A DNA stretch of 64,000 nucleotides, from assembly GCA_003707115.1 (NCBI GenBank), contig PPNB01000003.1, positions 62,001-126,000 on the forward strand. The letters are read 5' to 3'. This document shows positions 19,920 through 31,586 of this stretch, piece after piece. A model generated the notes under the pieces. The model did not search any database, was not told where the DNA came from, and saw nothing but the letters and a program-made list of their open reading frames with translations. The number at the start of each line of letters is the position of its first letter. The stretch's first letter is position 1. The DNA comes from Tortispora ganteri. Its lineage: Eukaryota. A program made the position numbers and the translations under genes.

Positions 19920-21125
19920 ATGCTACTAGTGAGAATCTGTCCAGAGCCTGACAAAGAGCTTGTTCAGGGTTATCCTGGCATAAAAGCTGCGTGTCCTCGT
20001 ATACAGGGCTGTATTGAGATCAGAAGCTCAGACGGCCTGCCCATAACAGTGGGTGAAGTAAACATAACGCTATACCGCACAGACACAATACCTAACTATT
20101 CATCTACTACGGGATTACGCTCCTTCACCAAACGTGATATGACATTTATGATCGGAAAACCGCTGACAGTTTTTTCGGGTCTACTCGCCACCGCAAAGTC
20201 CAGCGATATTCTCGCCTTATCTATACCGTTCGTCTTCCCACTGCCTGTCGAGCTCACCCTACCACAAAGTCTTCTAATAGAACGCAAGACTTACACTTTA
20301 TCCACCCTGTACCAATTATATGTGAACGTTAAACCCAGCCCTTCTGGAAAGGAGAAGAAGACGATATCTGTTGCACATCCGGTTACAATACAGACATACG
20401 ATAGTATGCCAATATTTGGCCAATTTAATACCCCGCTTGTTAGGTCTGTAAAAGACAAAAATCATCTTATCACATTCGAATGCAGACTGACAAGAACTGC
20501 TTTTGGCCCTGGTGATGCTATGCCTTTGTCCATTGATGTCATACCTAACCTAGCCTTCCCTAAATCGACGAAGGTGAAACTATCGCATGTTCAAGTAACA
20601 GTCTCGGAGACAATCACGCACACACCACTCTCTGAAGACAGAAACGTTCGCAAGCGTGATATGGGAAAGCAAGAGTTTTCCCCTTCTTGTGCATTGACCA
20701 ATTCAGGCTACCATAAGGCTATCTCACTCTCGTTCCCTTACTCAAGCTACCGCAATGACCACTATGAGATACACCCCAAGCCAAAACCTGGGTATCCTTT
20801 GTTGGATATAAATGCATTCTCTACTGAGGCTTATTTGTATAAGATTGAGTACTCGCTGCATTGTAAGATCAGCTACAAAACAGGGATCGCCTCTTCGAGT
20901 ACCCTTTCATTGGAGCTACCTATTACTGTATCTCCTCATACCTATGAATATGCTCAGGCAATACTTCCGATTATACAAAACGAGATTTATACACTCAATA
21001 AACTGCCTTCATTACCCCCGAAACCTGCGCCGCCCACGCTGTATCGCACAGACAACGAACGCGATCTTAATCGCATTGGATTCTCGCTTTATGACGGCAC
21101 TAAACGACGGATTGCGATAGTTTAA
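19920..21125 (+). CDS. Arrestin-fold (Arrestin_C-like) protein
   Basis: VQGYPGI N-terminal motif and beta-sandwich pattern (IPFVFPLP..LP.S, RTAFGPGD, FSTEAYLYKIEYSL). Confidence 0.65.
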   Translation: MLLVRICPEPDKELVQGYPGIKAACPRIQGCIEIRSSDGLPITVGEVNITLYRTDTIPNYSSTTGLRSFTKRDMTFMIGKPLTVFSGLLATAKSSDILALSIPFVFPLPVELTLPQSLLIERKTYTLSTLYQLYVNVKPSPSGKEKKTISVAHPVTIQTYDSMPIFGQFNTPLVRSVKDKNHLITFECRLTRTAFGPGDAMPLSIDVIPNLAFPKSTKVKLSHVQVTVSETITHTPLSEDRNVRKRDMGKQEFSPSCALTNSGYHKAISLSFPYSSYRNDHYEIHPKPKPGYPLLDINAFSTEAYLYKIEYSLHCKISYKTGIASSSTLSLELPITVSPHTYEYAQAILPIIQNEIYTLNKLPSLPPKPAPPTLYRTDNERDLNRIGFSLYDGTKRRIAIV

Positions 21126-21236
21126 GTGAAAGAAAAAAAAACTATCTTTAATGAATATCACGCTTTTATTATTAAATGTAATACTATAAAACAACGCTAT
21201 ATATATTAGATATTAATTTAAATAAAAAAAATATGG

Positions 21237-21319
21237 TGACAACTCTGGGATTCGAACCCAGGCCCCCGAAGAGATCAGGACCTTAACCTGACGCCTTAGA
21301 CCAACTCGGCCAAATTGCC
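21237..21319 (-). tRNA. tRNA-Leu(AAG), intronless, long variable arm
   Basis: Minus strand reads GGCAATTTGGCCGAGTTGGTCTAAGGCG TCAGG-TTAAGGT-CCTGA TCTCTTCGGGGG CCTGGGTTCGAATCCCAG AGTTGTCA. All stems pair and a T-run terminator follows. Confidence 0.97.
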
Positions 21320-21753
21320 ATAATACAAGCCTATTATGAGCCTGCATCTATATATTCTGATATTCTTAATATTTTCGTAATATATTATATATTATATATA
21401 AGAAGACTATATAAAAGCAATCGTTATACCATTAAACGACCTCTAACTGACATAATTCAAATAATTATAAATAACTTAAGCCAAGTAAATGTTTGAAAAA
21501 GAATAATATCAATTGTTGAGCTTTTGAGATCATAAATAAAAGTAATAGTCAATGATTTTCGCCGACAATTATGAGAAAATCATAGTGTTTGGTCCCAAAT
21601 TCAGCTGTTGAACCATGTGATTTCCACAATTGAGTACATGTTCTCGAGAACCGGTATTAATTGTACTCAAATAACTAACTTAATGTAGTAACTAACTAAC
21701 TACTACTATTATATATATTAAAATTGCGTCAAAATATACACATATAACTAAAT

Positions 21754-21931
21754 TGTAACGTAATCAGCTGAGAAATGCCTTAGACTTCTCAGATTTTAGC
21801 ATTATACACGTGTATATACATCTACATTCGTTAGATCGGCTCCTCACAAAACAGTAACGTAAAGCGCTCCACATAGTTGTTAGTGGCCACCACTCCAGCG
21901 TCAATAATAGACAAAGTTATGTACAGTTACA
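21754..21931. mobile_element. Possible degenerate solo LTR (178 bp)
   Basis: TGTAAC...GTTACA termini. Flanks TAAAT/TGAAT match 4 of 5 (TSD-like). It lies between a tRNA gene and a 5S gene. Confidence 0.35.
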
Positions 21932-22296
21932 TGAATAATCTAGACTATAGCAAGAAAAATGTATGCAACAGAGTGACCGGAATCGAGTCGTTATCTATTG
22001 AGATTGTAACACAAATGCATATACCCTTGGACTAATACCACACATACAAGCTATTAAGGACTTATGGTATACATCAGTATGTGCCATAGAATTGTAATGT
22101 CGTTCATAGACACCGAATCAAGCATTTGGCCCGATAAAGAGTACATTCTATCGATCGCGTAAACACCTGTAAACACTCGATGATCTATAGTCAGTGAAGC
22201 ATTGCATCTATATTTTTCTATTATCTATCGCTACTATTGTTCAAGAATAATGATCAAGAGCAATAATATTAAAAAATATTATGTAAATTAGCAAAA

Positions 22297-22416
22297 AGAT
22301 TGCAGCACCTACGATTCCACTGTGGTCTCCCACCAGAGTACTAAGCAGGCTCTCAGCAGCTTAACTACAGTTGATCGGACGGGGAACGGTGTTTTCTGCT
22401 GGATATGGCCGCAACC
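22297..22416 (-). rRNA. 5S rRNA (dispersed copy)
   Basis: Minus strand reads GGTTGCGGCCATATC...CCGATCAACTGTAGTTAAGC...GTGCTGCAATCT, 120 nt, followed by a T-run. Confidence 0.98.
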
Positions 22417-22650
22417 GAAAGTAATTATAGGTTAAGTTATATATACTGCATGTACGGGTTAGGGTAAAATAAGAAATATTAATGAACAATTACGTTGGTT
22501 TGGAGCAGGTTTAGTGGGATATGAATTAATCGAATCAGTAGATAGGAACAATATTAATACATAAGCATATATAGCATAAATATGCGCTAGTAGTAGTTGT
22601 AGAGGCGGGCGTAATAATGGAATCACAATAAGTACCAGCTAGAATAGTGT

Positions 22651-22698
22651 AAAGAGTAACTCAACGAAAGAGTAACTTAACGAAAGAATAACTCAACG
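22651..22698. repeat. 3 x 16-bp tandem repeat AAAGARTAACTYAACG
   Basis: Units at 22651, 22667 and 22683. Confidence 0.9.
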
Positions 22699-23161
22699 TT
22701 TCTTTCCTTTCTTTTTTGATTTAGATTTAGATGAAGTAGATGTCTTAGAAATAGTAGACATTGATGTATCGGGAGTAGGTGTAATCTCTGGCTCATCAAC
22801 TTCCATTGGTATTGCTTTTGATTGAGAAGAGATACTTAGATACTCACTGTCATCGACATTGTGACCAAGCATCTGAGGAGACGTCAGTTTTGCTAGTGAA
22901 TTTATAATTCTAAATACTTCATTAGATCTGCGAAGTTTTATTTTGAGACATCTGCCGGATTTGTCGTCGAATGTTTTTACTCTGAACAGTCCCCTGTTGT
23001 TGCGATCTAGCTTGTAACTCATTGTCACACGGGCCTTAGTATGTTAGAATGCTAATCTGTGAAAGATATAATTTAAGCAGCTCTAAAAAAAAAATAATAC
23101 TTACATCAGGGTATTGCTGGATCAAATAGTACGTGAGATCGATAAACCGTTGCGTATTCAT
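22693..23161 (-). CDS. SRP21: Signal recognition particle Alu-domain subunit SRP9/Srp21. Exons 23161-23105 and 23034-22693.
   Basis: Spliced product MNTQRFIDLTYYLIQQYPD|ARVTMSYK..FRVKTFDDKSGRCLKIK..EVFRII with a Lys-rich tail. Intron 23104-23035 (GTAAGT..TTCTAAC..AAG) keeps the frame. Confidence 0.85.
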
Positions 23162-23281
23162 GATAAATTCCGTCCGAGGGGGTGGTAAAGGTTGAGGAAA
23201 GTAGAGTTTTTATCGTGGGAAGAGGAAGGGTCCCCGTATTAGAAGACTGAGGTTCGCGTCAATAACTAACCCATAATGATC

Positions 23282-24916
23282 TCAGTTATCTTTCTTGGAG
23301 TCTGTAAAAGATTCGGTCTGGTCGGTATCTTCATCTTCAACTGCAAACATAGTCTCGCCGCCCGCACTCGGCCCAGCTGGCGTGTTGTCGCGTGCAGGTG
23401 AGTACGGTGGGGGCACAATTTCGTCATCAGCATTAGAATCATCGTCTTCATTCCTGCCAACAGCAGCGTAAACTTGTTCTGCAGAATCAACAGAAAATCT
23501 CGGCGAGTCTGGTCCCTCTATTGAGCCAAGCTCAAGGTCTGATCCCGCCAGCGACGCCATGTCAAATCCGTCGTCGTCCTGCGCAATTTCTTCCGACATA
23601 GCAAAACGTCTGTTGTTCTCTGTGGGTCTCCATATAACAGAAATTATAACAAAGTCAACAAAATATACAATATTGAGCCAGCCGTCGAGTAAGAACCACC
23701 GTGTCTTCCATACCGTGGGGACAAAGTCGTCGCTTGATACTTCAGCCATCATGAACGAGTTAATAAAAAAGAAACCAAAAATAACAATTATAGAGGCCAA
23801 AAAAAGCCTCCAAATGTTTCGATACATATTGGCCTTGACTTTTTGCTTTCGGGATTCTAGGTCATTGATCGTCTCCGACAATGCCGAGAGGATCCATAGG
23901 TAAAAGACAACCATAGTGAATGCGTGAGGTACGATGAAGAAGAGCACAATTGGGCCAGCTTCATCAGGACTCACAACATAAGAGGAGATGGAATATATAA
24001 CGCCAAAAATAAAATGAAGGATAGCAAGAATGCGGCACTTGGTCATGACAGGGCCAAGTGATGGCTTGACCACACTGTATCCTAGGCAGACCAAAAGCAG
24101 GAGGAAAAATGAGAACGATATACGGAAGGCATTGAGCACACCAAGAATAACAACGTAAACTTTAGAGCCGGCGTTGTAGCCATGTATGTTTACGAAGTCG
24201 TAGTAGCCCCAGATGATGATCATTTCGGCAGTGAGGAAACCAGCCATGGCGGTAATGTAGTTCTGCACGGGCAAGATATCCGTTCGGTATCGGTAAAGCA
24301 AGAAACCCCATAGTGCAAGGAACACAGCATAGCAAATAGCCATGGCGCCGTAAAACGGTAGCTTGGGTACTTGCGAGGCAGGTAGGTTGCCAAAAGCGTT
24401 GCGGAAAGAAACAATGCCATGATAGTCAGTAGCTGTGAATGCATAGGTGTTAACACAGTAGTATCCTGTACGCTTTATGTAATAAGTAATAGCATGACTA
24501 TCAGTTGTGTCGATTGTAGTGGTATAGACAGATTTTATCGAAGAGGAGTTAGATGCCCTTTCGATGTCAGAGCCGGTCAGTATGTACTGTCCGACCTGAC
24601 TGACATTGCACATGCCTCTCTGGACAGCAGAATCATCGCAGATAAATTTCTTAGTCTTACCATAGTCCTCTGCCCCGACGAGGTCAGCATCGCGCCATTC
24701 GAAGATCAGCAGCGAAACCAGCTGTGGCGTATTCCCGGACGTCTTCTGAAAGAGCACAGATATGTGCGGGTCCACAGGACCGTCCCAATCCTTTTTGGAA
24801 TACATTCCCGTGCATGCATACCGCTCGTCCAGCTTCTTCCAGCTAATTATTTCGTCAAAACACATCACCCATTGCGAGAATGCCAGGACTGTTAATGCAA
24901 AGGAGAACACCCGCAT
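23282..24916 (-). CDS. PTM1: GOST/lung 7-TM Golgi membrane protein Ptm1
   Basis: CTGMYSKKDWDG, TGYYCV, FRNAFGNLPAS, DILPVQNYI, GYSVVKPSLG and WRPTENNRRFAMSEE motifs. Confidence 0.93.
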   Translation of the reverse strand: MRVFSFALTVLAFSQWVMCFDEIISWKKLDERYACTGMYSKKDWDGPVDPHISVLFQKTSGNTPQLVSLLIFEWRDADLVGAEDYGKTKKFICDDSAVQRGMCNVSQVGQYILTGSDIERASNSSSIKSVYTTTIDTTDSHAITYYIKRTGYYCVNTYAFTATDYHGIVSFRNAFGNLPASQVPKLPFYGAMAICYAVFLALWGFLLYRYRTDILPVQNYITAMAGFLTAEMIIIWGYYDFVNIHGYNAGSKVYVVILGVLNAFRISFSFFLLLLVCLGYSVVKPSLGPVMTKCRILAILHFIFGVIYSISSYVVSPDEAGPIVLFFIVPHAFTMVVFYLWILSALSETINDLESRKQKVKANMYRNIWRLFLASIIVIFGFFFINSFMMAEVSSDDFVPTVWKTRWFLLDGWLNIVYFVDFVIISVIWRPTENNRRFAMSEEIAQDDDGFDMASLAGSDLELGSIEGPDSPRFSVDSAEQVYAAVGRNEDDDSNADDEIVPPPYSPARDNTPAGPSAGGETMFAVEDEDTDQTESFTDSKKDN

Positions 24917-25134
24917 GTTTGTAGATCGAAGGCTAGGTGTTCGAATATCCTTAGGTTACTAGGTAAAGCGTAAAGACGTTCAGGGTTGGGGTTATAGATA
25001 CAACGAGTACACACGTATATAAGATATATGTATTTATTTAAACCAACAAAGAGAACAGAACAACTGAAAGTATCACGATTTTCCAAAAATAGCTATAAGT
25101 CAATAAAAATGAGTCAAGTGCTCACAAGGGCAAT

Positions 25135-26352
<1,218 letters not shown>

Positions 26353-26845
26353 CTAATTTTCGGTAGGTAGCTATTTAAAATTACTATATATTTATTTTTC
26401 CCGACAAAATGACAGAAAGCAAAGCACTGTTGGAGATTTAATGCACTCTCTGAATCGAACAAGGAGGCGGTTTTAAGCTGTGGTGGGTTTTTATATAAGC
26501 TTATATTTAAGCTTCCCCACCTTATTCTGGGTAAGCTCACAGCTCACAACTCAACTCACAAGCTCCAGCGTTAAACTACCCAACAACCATGTCAGTTTGA
26601 TAAGCGCTCACTAACCTTTAATAACAGGGGGAAGGGGTCCATTACTGCTTCGCGTTTTTCCATTCGCAAGTGCAAACTTAAAGATCTTAAGTCTCGCAAG
26701 AACCTATTGGAAACTAGCGTTCGAGGCGAGTACATGATGCTTCAAAGGGTAGTTTCTAATGCCCCCTTGAGTTCCGCACCCTACTTGCTTCTTTGTATCA
26801 ATTGGGGCTATAGCGGCGCCCTCGCTAAGATAGACAAGTGCGAGA

Positions 26846-28099
26846 TCATTTATAGAATTCAAACTTCTCAACATCACTCGTGATTTTAACTTGAGAGTTA
26901 TATGCTTCCTCTAGATCAGAGTTGAGAATGACGTATCTATTCTTTCTGACCGCCCTCAAGCCAGCCTCTTGCATTATAGATGCAATGGTAGCCCCCGACA
27001 AGGGTTCATTCCTGTTGACCAGCAGGTCAAGATCAACATCGGGTGCCAGCGACATCTTGGCGGCAATTGTAGAGAAAATAAGTCGTCTCTCTCTGCGATC
27101 TTTCAGCGACGGGAACTCGATCTTACGATCAAGTCGACCAGGTCGAAGCAGAGCCGGATCTAGCGTGTCAGCTCTATTTGTGGCCATAATAACTTTCACG
27201 TTTGATTGCTGGTCAAACCCATCCATCTGATTCAACAGCTCAAGCAAGATTCTTTGCACCTCGCGATCGGCTCCAGTTTGCGCATCGAAACGCTTAGTGG
27301 CGATCGCATCAATCTCGTCAATGAAAATAATCGCCGGTGAATTTTCTCTTGCAAGTCTGAATACATCTCGAACCATACGAGGACCCTCTCCCAGATACTT
27401 CTGCACGAATTCAGATCCTATTACACGAATAAACGATGCGGTCGTTGCGTTCGCCACTGCCTTAACCAGCATAGTCTTGCCCGTGCCAGGCGGTCCATAC
27501 AGTAGCACACCTCGCGGTGGATCGATACCAATTTGTTTGTATAAATCAGCATGAGTAAGTGGCAACTCGACAGTTTCACGGATTTCTTGTTTTTGCATGT
27601 CCAGGCCACCAATATCAGCGAACGTCACATCGGGTTTTTCATCGGCACCCAACATAGCAATAGAACTATCGGCTTCCGGGGGCAGAATATCCACCAAAGC
27701 ATTAGAATGTCTGTGCAGTGCGACTGATGCCGAATTCTTCAGTAGCTCTCGGTCAAGCGTAGACAATATACGTACAACATAATTAGAGCCCGTAGTGGAC
27801 CCGACAATACCTGTGTGTTGGTCAATCGGTTCCAGGAACTGTCCAATGACAAGTGGAACTGACTGAATTCTTTTAACCTCCTCCTGAGCTCTAATAAGTT
27901 CTCTTTTAAGGTTCTTTTGCTCATCTTTAATGTACTCTTCTTGCAGGTTTAGGTACTCCAAAGAACGTTGCAGTTCTTTCAGAATTTGATACAAATCTGC
28001 TGTCTCTTTGCTTCCTATACTCTCAGCTTTCGAATACTTTCCAAACACATCTTCCGGTCCAGCTCCTGCTGGAGCAGGCAAAATTCCAAGTTCTTCCAT
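26846..28099 (-). CDS. RPT3: 26S proteasome AAA ATPase Rpt3
   Basis: [31 protein letters not shown] and C-terminal FEFYK. Confidence 0.98.
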   Translation of the reverse strand: MEELGILPAPAGAGPEDVFGKYSKAESIGSKETADLYQILKELQRSLEYLNLQEEYIKDEQKNLKRELIRAQEEVKRIQSVPLVIGQFLEPIDQHTGIVGSTTGSNYVVRILSTLDRELLKNSASVALHRHSNALVDILPPEADSSIAMLGADEKPDVTFADIGGLDMQKQEIRETVELPLTHADLYKQIGIDPPRGVLLYGPPGTGKTMLVKAVANATTASFIRVIGSEFVQKYLGEGPRMVRDVFRLARENSPAIIFIDEIDAIATKRFDAQTGADREVQRILLELLNQMDGFDQQSNVKVIMATNRADTLDPALLRPGRLDRKIEFPSLKDRRERRLIFSTIAAKMSLAPDVDLDLLVNRNEPLSGATIASIMQEAGLRAVRKNRYVILNSDLEEAYNSQVKITSDVEKFEFYK

Positions 28100-28254
28100 A
28101 GTTCTATTTCGTCAAGTTTATGTTATGTGGTGGTGTGGTGTAAGTAAGTCAAAGTGGTTCTTCGAACCGCGCCGTCAACCACTTAACCCAAACCCTATAC
28201 ATTTTACGCCGCTGGATGTATTTGACATTATTGTTCGTAAGTCGTTTTGAATAT

Positions 28255-30438
28255 TCATAAATGAATTTTTTTTATAGGAGTAGTAGCGCTAGATGACTCT
28301 ATGTGCCGCTTGATCTTCTCCGTAGACTTCCCCATCTTCGCTTCTTCGATGGCCGGCGGTTTTACTGGGGTGTGTAGTGACTCCGGCTGAGGCTGCTCTT
28401 GCGACTCTAGATATTTCGTGGTGAACCCAAGAAAACGGCCTTTGGTGACGAACAATACAACCCGGTATCCTTCACGTAGAACAACTGTATTGTTGCGTCC
28501 AACTTTTGTTTCATTAACCAAACACCCGTTCGTCGACCGGTCGTACAAGCGAACATTCCATTGACCGTTCGCTTGCAGCTTTGGCGCTAGTATGCAATGC
28601 AGGTTAGAAACGATCTTATCGTTTAGACAAACGTTATTTTGTGGTGACCGTCCGACCGTGACTCTCTGGCCTTTACGGACGTAGATGCTGTCACATGGAA
28701 CACTAGCGGAAAGAGGTTCGAGCACCAGGATCGTGTCTGGAGGATATACAGGTGGCTCCAAATGATCTACATCGCGCAGACCAGCCATATCGTAGCAATC
28801 AGTGTTCAATGGCTTACCCGAGCCAACGAAAAGATCATATGATCCTGATACGCACCGAGACTCAGCTTTCATAAGGCTATTACCGTGAATAGTCCGGTCA
28901 GAGTCGCTTTCCTCTCCAATGCTGTTATCCGATATGTAATACAGTTTCTCTCTCTCTTTTAATTTGCCAACTGCCTGCTGTGAGAACTCTTGGCTTATCA
29001 GCTCAATCGCATGCGGACTATCTGCATCAGATTCAGGCTCAAGCTCAGTAACTTGTTCAGCATTTTCTTTCCTGATACCCGAATGCGAGTTTGTCGGAGG
29101 TGCTTTGCCGTTCGGCGGCAGTGAGAAGGGGTAAGAATTGCTACCAGAAGACTCAATTTCTGAGAAGACGTTGCTGCTCCCTGAGACCCAGATGTGTTGC
29201 ATTGCTGAGAGTGCAGAAGGTCTTTTTTCAGGGTTTGGCTGTAGAAGGAACGATAGGAAGTCAATCGCATTCTGAGACGAGTGGGCTTCCTTGAGAGGCG
29301 CCATGAGGAAATTGGCTGAAACAATAGAGCGATGCATTTCGTCCTGAGTTAGACCACTGAATGGGAACGAGGCAGTGAGGGAGACATAGGCTATGCAGCC
29401 TATGCTCCATATGTCGACGGCGTTTGAATATACTTTGTACGGGGATGTCGGAGAAGCCGAGCGGCTTTGCAGTATCTCTGGCGCCAAGTAGGCAAAAGTA
29501 CCGCAAAACGTCTTGAGAAGGCTGCTGGGACCGTTTACCTTAGCCAGGCCAAAATCGCACACCTTTACTCTTATTGGGGTGAGGGACTGGATGAGGATGT
29601 TTTCAGGCTTGAGGTCGCGGTGAGAGATGCCGCGTGAGTGAACATAATAGATCGCGTCAAGGATTTGCAAAAGAACAGACGAGGAATCACGTTCAGATAG
29701 CGGACCTGAGTTCATAATATGGTCCATTAGGTCACCGTTGGGTACGTAGTCCATAATTAGATATGTGTGCGATGGCTGCTTGTATGTCTCGTGGAGGGCG
29801 ACGATGTTCGGATGATGGAGTGACATAAGGACATTGATTTCTCTTTCTATAGCATCTGAAGCTAGAGGGAGTTTTGTTTGTATAGCCTTGATCGCGTAGA
29901 TGGTACCTGACTGACGATGGACGGCTTTGAGTACTTTTGCGAACGCGCCGGAGCCGACTGTTTCTGTAATGTGGTACTTGTTTAAAAGTTCCGGAAGTAA
30001 TATGGAAGAGGTTTGAGTGGCGTTAGGGCAGTGGAAGATGAAGCGAATCTGGTCATCGTGTGAAGAAGGAGCGACACATATTTCGTCGCCATGGACTAGC
30101 AGGTGTAATCTATTGGGCTGCAGCTTAGAGACGTTCACCCATGTGCCGTTGGTTGAGTGATCTTCGATCAAATAGGAAGGCGAGGGTGTAGGCTGATAGT
30201 GTATGAGGAAATGGACGCTACTGTATTTATACTGGGGGCCCAGATAAAGATCTGCGTTTTTGCTGCGACCGGCGGACCACGACTGCGGGGACTCGGCTGA
30301 TTTGAGATGGAGCTTGAAAGGTGGAGGTAGAGACTGACTAGTACCGCGCGTCGACCATATCAATGATGCTGGCGTAGCCACAGGCGGTAGAAGCTGGTCG
30401 TTAGTCGACTGCGTAAGTTCGATGTTCTGAGTAGTCAT
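28255..30438 (-). CDS. RAD53: DNA-damage checkpoint kinase Rad53 (FHA-kinase-FHA)
   Basis: N-terminal TQ motifs, FHA1 (GR..S.H..STNGT), kinase (HRDLKPEN, DFG, APE), FHA2 (GRS..SNLH..STNG). ATG at 30438. Confidence 0.9.
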   Translation of the reverse strand: MTTQNIELTQSTNDQLLPPVATPASLIWSTRGTSQSLPPPFKLHLKSAESPQSWSAGRSKNADLYLGPQYKYSSVHFLIHYQPTPSPSYLIEDHSTNGTWVNVSKLQPNRLHLLVHGDEICVAPSSHDDQIRFIFHCPNATQTSSILLPELLNKYHITETVGSGAFAKVLKAVHRQSGTIYAIKAIQTKLPLASDAIEREINVLMSLHHPNIVALHETYKQPSHTYLIMDYVPNGDLMDHIMNSGPLSERDSSSVLLQILDAIYYVHSRGISHRDLKPENILIQSLTPIRVKVCDFGLAKVNGPSSLLKTFCGTFAYLAPEILQSRSASPTSPYKVYSNAVDIWSIGCIAYVSLTASFPFSGLTQDEMHRSIVSANFLMAPLKEAHSSQNAIDFLSFLLQPNPEKRPSALSAMQHIWVSGSSNVFSEIESSGSNSYPFSLPPNGKAPPTNSHSGIRKENAEQVTELEPESDADSPHAIELISQEFSQQAVGKLKEREKLYYISDNSIGEESDSDRTIHGNSLMKAESRCVSGSYDLFVGSGKPLNTDCYDMAGLRDVDHLEPPVYPPDTILVLEPLSASVPCDSIYVRKGQRVTVGRSPQNNVCLNDKIVSNLHCILAPKLQANGQWNVRLYDRSTNGCLVNETKVGRNNTVVLREGYRVVLFVTKGRFLGFTTKYLESQEQPQPESLHTPVKPPAIEEAKMGKSTEKIKRHIESSSATTPIKKIHL

Positions 30439-31586
30439 TGAAGCGCGTTTAACGCGACTTTGGACCACGCCAAGTAACTATTTGGTACGAGTCTAGGTCG
30501 GTCAGGGATAGGGGTATACGGTGGTGGTGGTGCGTTATGTTGTGTTTTGCGTGCAGAGTAAGATATTATATTAGATTAGAGTTTTACAGAGACACATAGT
30601 AGGTGCACCAACTACCTGTAAATTCGGTCATATGAGCGCCTAAGAATACAGTAAATATGTATATTGTATATAATATCTGGTAGAAGCATAATAGAAGTTG
30701 AAATACACACTTGGTATACATTTTGAAACGAATACGCTGATCGATATAGAACAATAACGGTATCCACAGTAAACTCTAAAACCATTAAAGTTCAACAAAT
30801 ACCCCAAGCAAGGGCTAAGAGTTGTTGTAAGTTTAGAGCCGCTACATGTTGTAACAGAATAGATGTCCTAAAAAAATAGAAAAAATTAGGTGTTCGGTGG
30901 TCTCTTGTAATAGTAACGTACTTGCTCAGCATCACTGACGTATATAGAGTAGTTGGTGGCGGAAACAAGAAAGTTTGTCTTCGTTTAGACCTTATAAGAG
31001 ATATTAACCTTAATACATAGTAAAGTTCAATGATTGCCTGATTCCAAGCGGTAGTGTCAGCACTTGCTAAAAGAGATAAAATAGTTATTGATATTGCAGT
31101 TTTCAGTATTTCACTCAGTGTCAGGTTATAACAAATACGGTGACACAAGCAGACCAAATGTTCTTGTTGGTAAATTCAATTTGCAAAGGGCAGGTTTCGT
31201 TACATTAATCACTTTAATGTTTCCCGTTCTAGGCAAAGAAATCATATTAGAGTTAAAGCCTAAAACCTTTCCTCATTGGATTCCCGCTCAATGCTTTATC
31301 GCTGCATTAAACGTATCATTTTTTGCCTTTCCGACTCCAAGTAGCCGTCAATAAGTGAACAATTTCATTTAGTGGAAAATTTTCTACGGTTTTCTTTTGG
31401 CGCTGGATACCTTTGCAGGAGTATACAGGTGCTGAAAGTTTGTAGTGTTTTTTCTGCTGTACAAGTATGCTGACCGGTCAAAGTAATCATCCCACTGTTC
31501 ACAGATCGACAACCAAAGCTTTTGCTTCTCGTAGACAACATCCGATTTAAAAATGGAACCTTGCAAAATATTCACATAATTAAAAA

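Noticed and set aside
21237..22416. Yarrowia-type dicistronic tRNA-5S fusion
   Set aside because: The genes are ~980 bp apart, 5S is upstream, and each has its own T-run.
26798..26812. CAATTGGGGCTATA resembling RNase MRP CR-V
   Set aside because: No GAAAGTCCCC-type CR-I partner is found upstream.
27470..27510. Alternative yeast genetic code (CUG as Ser or Ala)
   Set aside because: CTG encodes invariant Leu in RPT3 ([15 protein letters not shown]).
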